Source of the DNA: Octopus sinensis
Taxonomy: Eukaryota
NCBI RefSeq assembly: GCF_006345805.1
Contig: NC_042999.1
Coordinates: 71,176,001 to 71,240,000 of the forward strand
Length of the DNA: 64,000 nt
Reading direction: 5' to 3'
The position numbers were made by a program, and so were the translations under genes. The notes under the pieces are model-generated. The model did not search any database, was not told where the DNA came from, and saw only the letters and a list, made by a program, of their open reading frames with translations. Each line of letters begins with the position of its first letter. The stretch's first letter is position 1. This document shows, one piece after another, positions 54,050 through 64,000 of the stretch.

Positions 54050-54280
54050 CTATAACCAAAGGCATTCTAGCGCTGGCCATCCTGCCTGATTTTATGTATA
54101 GGAGTACATTATCCAAAGGGTACTCCTTTTCTTGTCATGGTAGGGTATGATTTGAGGGGCATTTTGCTTTACTTCGAAATGATCGAACTACTGCATAGAG
54201 ACTCTCTTGTTGACTTATGTAGACCACATTATTCAATGTCTCTTTTCCATTCTAAGAGGGTAGGGAGCAGTTGTGAGGGA

Positions 54281-54314
<34 letters not shown>

Positions 54315-54639
54315 TTTAGCTACTATTTCTTTTCTATGCTACTGATTAATGTTGCAATGTTTAACCAGCTAATGTCCTTCGATACCATATAAACTACTTA
54401 CGTTACTATTTAAATTTCTCGTTCTACTTTCGATAACAAACAACCAAATTTCTTTCGAAACACACTTTGGAATCTTGGTAAAAGGAAGGACGTAATTTGA
54501 AAAATAGATCTTGTTACACTATCGAGGAATGAGCTGGAATGGCCATGGCTGGGACGTATTTGATCATAGATCTACTTACTGAGCATCGACTTCTGCCAGA
54601 TAGAAACAAAAGCCGTAGCAGCTTGGGGAATAACACCAA

Positions 54640-55250
54640 TAGTAATAACTTTGAAATTTTAGTATAAGGCTAATAATTTTAGTGGGAGGACCACTGCTCA
54701 CTTGGTACTTTCTTTTATCGAACCCGAAAGTATGAAAGGCAAAGTCGACCCTGGCTGAATTTGAATTTAGAACGTAATGAGTCTGAAAAAATACCGGTTT
54801 TAAAGTGTGGCACAAGGTCAGCAAGTTCAGGGGGTGGGGATAAGTCGGTTATATCGACCCCAGTCCATAATTAGTCCTTTTTTCTTATCGACAGTACTTA
54901 ATTTAAAGAATGAAAGTAAAGTCGACCACGGTGTAATTTGAACTCAGAATGTAATGACAGACGAAATGTCGGTAAGCATTTTACTCAGCGTGCTAGCGAT
55001 TCTGCCAGCTCACCGTCTTAACATCAACTGTAATAATCCTTTCTTCTATAGACACAAGGCCTGAAATTTAGGGGAATGGGCTATCGATTACATCGACCCC
55101 AGTGCACAGCTGGTACTTAATTTATCGACCCCGAAAGGCGAAAGGCAAAGTTGACCCCGACAGCATTGGAACTCAGAACGTAAAGACAGGCGAAATACCG
55201 CTTAAGCATTTTGCCTGGCCTCCTAACGATTCTGCCAGCTCGCCTCCTTC
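54640..55250 (-). mobile_element. Tandem SINE family B copies
   Basis: Repeated GAAAGGCAAAGTCGACC..GAATTTGAACTCAGAA blocks. Confidence 0.85.
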
Positions 55251-55279
55251 ACACCAACAGTAATAATTATAACAAAAAA

Positions 55280-55670
55280 GGCGGCGAGCTGGCAGAAACG
55301 TTAGCACGCCGGGCGAAATGCGTAGCCGTATTTCGTCTGCCATTACGTTCTGAGCTCAAATTCCGCCGAGGTCGACTTTGCCTTTCATCCTTTCGGGGTC
55401 GATAAATTAAGTACCAGTTACGCACTGGGGTCGATATAATCGATTTAATCCGTTTGTCTGTCCTTGTTTGTCCTCTCTGTGTTTAGCCCCTTGTGGGTAG
55501 TAAAGAAATAGGTATTTCATTTGTCTTTACGATCTGAGTTCAAATTCCGCCGAGGTCGACTTTGCTCTTCATCCATTCGGGTCGATAAATTAAGTACCAG
55601 TTGCGTACAGGGGCCGATCTAATCGACTGACCCCTCCCCCAAAATTTCAGGCCTTGTGCCTAGGGTAGAA
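55280..55670 (+). mobile_element. SINE family B, full-length
   Basis: GGCGGCGAGCTGGCAGAAACG head through duplicated 3' module. Confidence 0.9.
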
Positions 55671-56939
55671 AAGAATAATAACGACAAAAAGCACCAGCAT
55701 GTGTTGAGATTCGAAACACTGGCCCTTCTACCTTCAGAAAGACACTCAATCGATCGGTTCAATGAAATTGACTCAGCATGGTGGTTTCAATTCCAATTAT
55801 ATTTCCCTTCAATTACGATTGTAATTTCCTCCTTCACAGAAAGTATTATTATCACAACTTCTTATTTGTTTATTTATTAAATGGTATGGTTTCGAAGAAG
55901 GGATTTTGCAGACCCTCTGAGACTCTTGATATCGTGGAGTTTATATGTTACCAACCGCAAGTGAAACATGTGCAGGAAGAGAATTCCAAAGCAATAACAT
56001 TGAGAGGAGGAAAAGCTGTGTATAGTGGTTGTTATAGGAACCCTTCGATGGTAGTGGTGGCAGTTATGGATACAATGTTGGTGATGAGATGAAGTGAGAT
56101 GAGAAAAGCAAGATTTTATGAGTGGTGCTGTTCTATCTAATATATACAATAAATTTGCGTAGTATAAAGAAACTTATTCACCTTCTCATAAAATAATAAT
56201 TTATGATTCTACAATAAAAAAAATATTGCTATCTAGAAAACGAAATTTCAAATGTGTAAAATTTAGAACGCTGTAAATTTGTTTTATTTTGTCAAATGGA
56301 AATTATAAAGATTATAAACATATATATACTTAATTTTTCCTGCTACAGAATAAAAAAAAAAGAAAGAAAGATACGGAAATAATAGAAAGAACGTAATTTT
56401 AATTTCATATGTTACTCTTCTCCTCAATTTTGTTTTATATGTTGATATTCCATGACCAATACGAACATTTGCTTGCACATTTGGCCTTATGGTTAAGAAG
56501 TCCGTTTCGCAACCACGACGTTCCGGTTTCGGCCCAACTGCGTGGCATCTTGAGAGTAAAATGTCATTTTCCATAGCCTAGGATGAATGTATGCCTTGTA
56601 AATGAAATCAGACAGAAGGAGAATGCTTAGAAGCACGTCAGATGGATTGTATTTGCAATTCATAAGATAGAGACCTGTTACAAACTGTCAGGCCAGTTCC
56701 ACCTGACAGTTACATGAAGACTACCCGTGTCTGCGAAATGCTAAGTCACACGTTAATTCAGGAGTAGATTAAACAGTTGATCGTACGAATGAATCATCGA
56801 CGTCGATCAACGGAGATCCACGGAGATATTAGTTTTGCATAATGGTTGATGGTGACCATATTGCTTTTATTGGTTTTTTAATGTTATTATGGGGGTTATA
56901 TAAGATATATATCTGATTCACCATGCTATTGAGATGAAA

Positions 56940-57541
56940 ATGAGCTTCATCACACATTAACAAAATAAGTTCGTCAACTGCTTCAAAAATTGCTTCCATC
57001 TGACGTGCGAAGTTAAGCCGCTGTTCATAGTCTCATGATTTCAACTATTGCCCAATGACCAATTTGTACGGGTGGAAATGTTTCATGCACGGGTGGAAAG
57101 TCTTCATGCAAAATACACCTTACCGATAGATTACCACTGCCAAGTTCAGTGGAATGCCTCCGAGCAGAGCGATTCAGACTCCACATTTTCCGGTGGTCCG
57201 TACAGTTTGTGGCTCCCCCACCAGTCTTCTATTCCTTAGTATGTCTAGTGTACGAAGTGAACGTAAGATTGTGCTGCGGGTGGGAACAGCCTGATTTCAG
57301 TGAATGTTGAAGTGATTCCAAAACTCACGTTGAATTCCTGTGACAAACTCGTTATTCTTCACGTAACTGTCGTAGGCAAACACGTGATGCTCTGTCGTCC
57401 AACGTACCATGGCTTCATCTGAAAGGAAAGAAAAAATGCTAAGACGCTACGGACCTAGTGGTACCAGTCTGACGTATGTCCCTCCCCCTGGGGATGAGTA
57501 ATAGCCACTTCAAAAATGTCCGTCCTCTCAACCCCACCCTG
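56940..57541 (-). mobile_element. Decayed Tc1/mariner-superfamily fragment
   Basis: TA-CAGGGTG terminus; start resembling MVRWTTEHHV of HTH-type transposases. Confidence 0.4.
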
Positions 57542-57552
57542 TATATAATATT

Positions 57553-57935
57553 CTTTTATTCTTTTACTTGTTTCAGTCATTTGACTGTAGCCATGCTGGA
57601 GCACCACCTTTAATCGAACAAATCGACCCCAGGGCTCATCATTTGTAAGCCTAGTATTTATTCCATCGGTCTCTTTTTCCGAACCGCTAACGGAGACTTA
57701 AACACACCAATATCAAGTGTCAAGCGATGGTGGTGGTGGTGGGGGTTTACAAACACACACACACACACACACATATACGACGGGCTTCTTTCAGTTTCCG
57801 TCTACCTAATCCACTCGCAAGGCTTTCGTCGGCCCGAGGCTATAGTAGAAGACACTTGTCCAAGGTGCTACGCAGTGGGACTGAACACGTTATCATGTGG
57901 TTGGGAAGCAAGCTTCTTACCACACAGCCTCTGCT
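57553..57935 (-). mobile_element. SINE family A
   Basis: Homology to 24100-24501. Confidence 0.9.
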
Positions 57936-58724
57936 GCACCTATGTATGCATGTATGTATGGATGTATCTCTTTGTGTCTGTCATCTTCGTACTGCATGAC
58001 GTCTGGTGTTGGTTTAAGTCTCGTTACCTAGCCGTTCGGTAAAAGAGTGCAATAGAATAGGAACCAGACCTTATAAGAGAGGTAAACTTAAGAATTGACA
58101 TCGATCTTTTTCCAATTGAAACCATTGATGGAAGTGCCCTAGAGTGACCGTAGTTCAACGACTAAATCAAATATAAAATAATGTTAGGTTAAATGTCTTG
58201 TAGCAAGGGGTTATGGCCATTTACGTTGTGTGTTGTGATTTCCTTGAATCTGATTTCGTCTTTTGTCTCCCAAGTGTGTATAAGCTATGTAGTACTTAGT
58301 TGCATAGCGGTATCAAGTCTGATCAGTAACAAACGTTTTGGGAGTTCAACATTTTTTAAGCTACAATCATTTTGTTGATATTTTCCTAAATAACAATAAA
58401 TAAATAAATGCATTAATAAATATTTTTACAAGAGACATAAATGGAAAATGTTTCCCAAGATTCTAAGCCCATTTTTTTTTCTTTTTAAATGTTAAGAACA
58501 TAGTTAATCGAAAAATGAAACGTTAAGCCTTGCAGATAATGAAATAGAAACACTACTACTAGTAGTAATAGTAGTAGTAGAAGTAGTAGTGTTGGTGGTT
58601 GTGGTAATGATTGTTGTATTAACAGTCAGAAAAACATCAACTGTTCTAGCAGGGAGCAAGAACAATTCTTGCAACAAAAAGTACAATAACAATAGTAGCA
58701 CCCACTATCAAATTTTATAATTAC

Positions 58725-58965
58725 TATATCTATTTCTTTACTACCCACAAGGGGCTAAACACAGAGGGGACAAACAAGGAAAGACAAACGTGTTAAGTCG
58801 ATTACATCGACCCCAGTGCGTAACTGGTACTTAATTTATCGACCGCGAAAGGATGAAAGGCAAAGTCGACCTCGGCGGAATTTGAACTCAAAACGTAACG
58901 GCAGACGAAATACGACTACGCATTTCACCCGGCGTGCTAACGTTTCTGCCAGCTCGCCGCCTTGC
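58725..58965 (-). mobile_element. SINE family B
   Basis: Reverse complement of the 55280-55510 region. Confidence 0.9.
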
Positions 58966-59241
58966 CAGCTCGCCTACTATATCACCAACAATTGGTTTCG
59001 TTTATCTTTTCCTCGTTTCAGTCATTGGACTGCGACCATGCTGGGGTATCATTTTGTAAGCAACAATGAACGGCGGAAGCCTCACCCTGCTGAAGAATGC
59101 AGGTCTATCAAATTATATAGATAGATAGAGAGAGAGAGAGGAGAGAGATAGGGAAAGAAAGAGAATGGTGACGGCTGTGATGCCTTTGATCATATGTGTG
59201 ATCTGGGAGTTAAAAAAACAAATACAAGAACAGCAATACTG

Positions 59242-59242
59242 T

Positions 59243-59311
<69 letters not shown>

Positions 59312-59679
59312 CGCTTCTGCTGGTGCCGCCGCCGCCTCCGCCGCGCCGCTCCGCGCCGCGCCTCCGCCGCCGCCGCCTCCGCCAGCCGCCCGCCGCCTCC
59401 GCCGCCGCGCCGCCGCCTCCGCCGCCGCCGCCTCCGCCGCCGCCGCCCGCCGCCGCCGCCTCCGCCGTCCGCGCCTCGCCGCCGCCGCCGCTCCGCCGCC
59501 TCCGCCGCCGCCGCCGCCTCCGCCGCCGCCGCCGCCTCCGCCGCCGCCGCCTCCGCCGCCTCCGCCTCCGCCGCCGCCGCCTCCGCCGCCGCCGCCGCTC
59601 CGCGCCTCCGCCGCCGCCGCCTCCGGCCGCCGCCTCCGCCTCCGCCGCCTCCGCCCCGCCGCCTCCGCCGCCGCCGCCT

Positions 59680-59711
<32 letters not shown>

Positions 59712-59949
59712 TCCGCCGCCGCCGCCGCCGCCGCCTCCGCCGCCGCCGCCGCCGCCTCCGCCGCCTCCGCCGCCGCCGCCGCCGCCGCCGCCTCCGCCGC
59801 CGCCGCCTCCGCCGCCTCCGCGCCTCCGCGCCGCCTCCGCCGCCGCCGCCTCCGCCGCCGCCGCCGCCGCCGCCGCCTCCGCCGCCGCCGCCTCCGCCGC
59901 TCCGCCGCCTCCGCGCGCCGCCTCCGCCGCCGCCGCCTCCGCCTCCGCC

Positions 59950-59981
<32 letters not shown>

Positions 59982-60692
59982 TCCGCCTCCGCCGCGCTCC
60001 GCCTCCGCCGCCGCCGCCTCACCCGCCTCCGCCGCCTCGCCGCCGCCGCCTCCGCCGCCGCCTCCGCGCCGCCCCGCCGCCCCCTCCGCCTCCGCCGCCG
60101 CCTCCGACGCCGCCGCCGCATCCGCCGCCTCCGTCTCCGCCTCCGCGCCTCCGCCTCCGCCTCCGCCGCCTCCGCCGCCTCCGCGCCTCGCCTCCGCCGC
60201 CCCGCCTCCGCCTCCACCTCCGCCTCCGCCTCGCCTCCGCCTCGCCGCCGCCTCGCCGCCGCCGCCTCCGCCGCGCCTCCGCGCCTCGCCTCCGCGCCTC
60301 CGCCGCGCCGCCTCCGCCGCCGCCGCCCGCCTCCGCCTCCGCCGCCGCCTCCGCCTCCGCCGCCGCGCCGCCGCCTCCGCCTCCGCCGCCGCCGCGCCGC
60401 CTCCGCCTCCGCCTCCGCCGCCGCCTCCGCCGCCGCACCTCGCCTCCGCCGCCGCCGCCTCCGCCGCCTCCGCCGCCTCGCCGCCTCCGCCGCTCCCCCT
60501 CTCCTCCGCCTCCTCCGCCTCCGTCTCCGCCGCCTCCTCCGCCGCCTCCGCCTCCGCCTCCGCCGCCTCCTCCGCCTCCGCCGCCTCCTCCGCTCCGCCT
60601 CCGCCGCCTTCTCCGCTGCCGCGCCGCGCCACAATACACACCACCACACAACCACCACACCACCACTACTACTCCTACTACTACTACTACTC

Positions 60693-60728
<36 letters not shown>
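59242..60728. repeat. Compound triplet array (TAC)-(TGC)-(CGC/CTC, ~1.35 kb)-(CAC)-(TAC)
   Basis: Direct reading. Confidence 0.95.
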
Positions 60729-60979
60729 TTGTCGCCGCTGCTACTACAACTACTCGTATAGTGACAAAATGACATTATTAGTAGTACCATGATATTGTGC
60801 AAGAATGATGATAAATGCGGCAACAATGATATATCGATGTTCATGTTTACACCGTTCTATGAACTGGTGTTGTGTATGCATCTCCCTTTGTGTTCAGTAA
60901 CGTAGTGACTTGACAAATGATTACCGATACAATAAATATCACACTGAAATAAAAAATGTAATCTATATGATCAGCTAGT

Positions 60980-61268
60980 GGAGGCACATGGCCTAGTGGT
61001 TAGAGCAGCGGACTCGCGGTCGAGAGATCGCGAGTTCGAATCTCAGACCAGGTGATGTGTGTGTTTATGAATGAAACACCTAAGCCCGACGCGGTTCCGG
61101 CAGGAGGTAATGGCGAACTTCTGCTGACTCTTTTGCCACAACTGTCTCTTACTCTTTCCTCGTGCATCTAGCATCTCACCTGCGACGGACCGGCATCCCG
61201 TCCAGGTGGGGATCCTATACGCCAATGAAACCAGCCCTTATGAGTCAGGCATCCTTCGAGAAGGAACA
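60980..61268 (+). mobile_element. tRNA-derived SINE family C (V-domain-like core)
   Basis: TGGCCTAGTGG A-box, GAGTTCGAATC B-box, CTGCGACGGACCGGCATCCCGTCCAGG central motif. Confidence 0.8.
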
Positions 61269-61559
61269 AACACATATGATCAGCTAAACAACTCTTGCAG
61301 GTGGATCCTCAGTATGTCATAAGTCAATAATTGAAACTTGTAAGAAGAATTATGAAAAATATAGGATAATGTAAGTTCTAGATACAGTATGGCCGAAATG
61401 GTTCGATCATGGCTAAAATGTGACATTATAATATGTACAGTAATGACGACAAGAGCAAGAATAAGAATGAGAAAGAGGAACAATAAATGTAATACCAATA
61501 TTGTAACAATATGTGCCACAGCAGAGTCAGTAACAGTAATTGCAGCAGTAGATTTGACA

Positions 61560-62050
61560 CTACTAGCAACTACCACATCATCATCATCATTACCATCACT
61601 ATTGTCGTCGTTGTTGTCGTTGTTGTCGTTGCTGTCATCGTTGTCGCTGTCACCGTCGTCGTTGCCATCGTTGTCGTCGTCGTCATCCCCACCACTACCA
61701 TCATCATCATCATCATCATCATCGTTATCATACACAGTCATCATCATCTTGATCACCATCACATCGTCGACATCATTATCATCATCATCATCATCATCAT
61801 TGTTATCGTCGTCTTTGTCGTCGTCCAATTTCTCTTCCTCCTCCACCCTATCCTCACCCTCATAAGTAACAAGAAGAGTAACAATGCAAATAATAACACC
61901 AGAATAGAAAATATAACCGCAACAATTACAAAGAATTATATCAACAATAGCAACAACAACAACAGCAATAACAATAGCCATAAATGAAACAGCAACAACA
62001 ATATCCACAGCAACAACAACAACATCATCAACCATAACATTAATAACAGC
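61560..62050. repeat. (ATC/GTC/AAC)n compound microsatellites
   Basis: Direct reading. Confidence 0.9.
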
Positions 62051-62794
62051 ATGCAACTACCAAAACGGATGAATTACATCGTCGAATGCTGAAATGTTAA
62101 CACTGATTGTGTCAAATATACTATTGTAACATTTCCGATATTCACATGAATAATGACATGCAATCTTTGAAAAGGCTCAGTCGGTTGCTCTCACTGCTTT
62201 CCAGGATATTTTCAATTAATGGTTTCTGTGTGGATATTAAAGGTGATTCTATTATTACGAAACTGTTTTTCGTCGTATATTGGTTACTTTTATGATATTA
62301 ATCTCCCTCTGTTTTCTTTATGAAAAATGCTCTATTTTGTTCTATAATGTTAAAAGTATTAACAATAGCATTATGTACACGTGACGAATAAGCGGCCCAA
62401 TATGGGATAATGTAGCGATTCGTACGATCAATATATCTATTGGGAGTTTCTTAACGTTCTTTTAACTTTAAGCTGATTATATCAGATGCATAATAGATGC
62501 CGCCCTCGTCTTCATAATCATCTCTAATACTCTCTACAATAACCTACAATCCTATAAAGAGAAGATCAGGTAAAAATGTGGCACAGGTTATATCATTTGC
62601 ATATTTATACTGACGCATAAATTTGGGATAGGTTATTGTACTTCCTCTAAGGAACTCTTATCTTGGAACTACTTCTAGTATTCCGTAATGAGGTCCAATT
62701 CTTCCTATTTTTACACTTGATTCCATCTACTTTATTCTCCACTTCTAAATAATGTTTTTATTGGTTTCAATCCGGAATAGTATTGAGACTATAA

Positions 62795-63055
62795 CTGCAG
62801 GTGATATGATTTAAAACAGGTGACAATTTAAAACAGGTAACACAAAGCAAGTAATATATCTCTGAACAGGTAATACAGCATAAAGCAGATAATATGAATT
62901 AAACAGTTAATGAACATAAAACAGATACTACTAAATAAAACAGGCAATGCGTACTAATTAAAACAGGCAATAAATAAACCGCTAACAACACAAGCGACAG
63001 ATGTGACTACATAACACAGGTAATATAACTTACAACAGTTGTTACAGCTTTAAAA
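62795..63055 (+). repeat. Degenerate ~15-23-bp minisatellite with AACAGGTAA-like core
   Basis: About a dozen AACAG(G/A/T)(T/C)AA-like cores separated by variable AT-rich spacers. Confidence 0.65.
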
Positions 63056-63360
63056 AGTAACGGAATTCTTACATCAAACGAAATATAATTTCCTCACAAT
63101 AACTTTCTATCGACTGAAACTCTACAAACACATACTTTCCTTGTATCTTTCTCTTCTCCCTTTCTAACAACTTGACAAAGACTATATAAAATCAAAAACA
63201 TTCCAAGTATAGTATGACGAAGGCAAAAAAGCCGAAATTTTGAAGTTACTGTCATTCTTGTCCTTATAAAAGACACACACACATACACACACACACACAC
63301 ACACCACACACAGACATGCGCGCGCACACACATATATACATGTATATAAAAATAATAATA

Positions 63361-63556
63361 AATGCGCCCTTTTAAAGCCTAGCCCGGCTCATGGGCTCGG
63401 TTCCCTGGTTTCTATGGCGTATGTGTTCCCCAGCTGGACGGGACGCCAGCCCATCGCAGCGTTACTCACTTTTGCTAGCTGAGTGGACTGGAGCAACGTG
63501 AAATGAAGTGTTTTGCTCAAGAACACAACTCGTCGCCCGGTCCAGGAATCGAAAGC
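63361..63556 (-). mobile_element. tRNA-derived SINE related to family C, head truncated
   Basis: TTCGATTCC B-box, CTTGAGCAAAACACTT, CTGCGATGGGCTGGCGTCCCGTCCAG. Confidence 0.8.
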
Positions 63557-64000
63557 AGTTCTATGGGGAGGGCTTAGGAAGTGAGGAAGTGATGGAGTGT
63601 TGTGTACATGTATAGCTGAACATCTGTGTAAAGAGATAACTAAGGGGGGGGGGGAGATGGGCAAACACTGTAGATTGCAGGTGGTTAGCTAGGAGAACTT
63701 GTGGGTAGAGTGGGATTTGAGTGTAGTATAGATGAAAGGGAGGCGTGGAAGGAGGAAAAATGGGGAAGACAGTAGAGAAAAACGGCGGTGTGAAAATATG
63801 TAAATAATTTACGAAAACAGGTGCCAATTCAGATAAAAAGTTAGAAAGTTGCTAAAATGTAACAAAAATATTCAAGAAGAAAGATAGACTATCGGAAGAA
63901 AAAGAATTTATGCATGAAAGAGTATGTAAAGTAGGAAGGATTTTATCACAAGGTAGAGATTAAAACAGGATGGTTAAAAATGTGATGAAAAACGCGGAGA

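Noticed and set aside
59165-60844. Five ORFs of 215-544 aa (poly-P/R/A/G)
   Set aside because: Open in several frames on both strands only because the GCC/CTC repeat lacks stops; no domain content
60980-61052. Possible tRNA gene
   Set aside because: No complete acceptor stem; continues directly into a SINE body
62795-63055. CRISPR-like repeat/spacer appearance
   Set aside because: Cores are too short and degenerate, spacers too short, eukaryotic context, no cas genes

Overview
AT-rich, microsatellite-dense eukaryotic non-coding DNA. The SINE families and repeat landscape point to an octopus (coleoid cephalopod) genome; this is my inference from pattern recognition, not a search. No host protein-coding exon could be supported, and almost all long ORFs outside transposons are microsatellite artefacts. 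The main element is a ~7 kb, very young Penelope-like retroelement locus (28.6-35.55 kb; RT + GIY-YIG, Neptune-type Cys linker). It is built as inverted copy / pLTR / full copy / pLTR, is embedded in (TA)n, and carries three identical type I hammerhead ribozymes. Two further Penelope-like families with their own hammerheads occur at 5.1-5.7, 10.0-10.6 and 19.6-20.1 kb. Other elements: an ORF1-only L1/Tx1-type element inserted with a 15-bp TSD into the tRNA-like head of a SINE; an L1/Tx1 element lacking its RT core; many R4/Dong (REL) LINE fragments plus a non-coding ~550-bp repeat sitting strand-specifically in (TAA)n; several Tc1/mariner fossils; and three tRNA-derived SINE families. There is also a perfect 29-bp hairpin and a 1.35-kb (GCC/CTC)n tract. 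Many boundaries are approximate (tens of bases).
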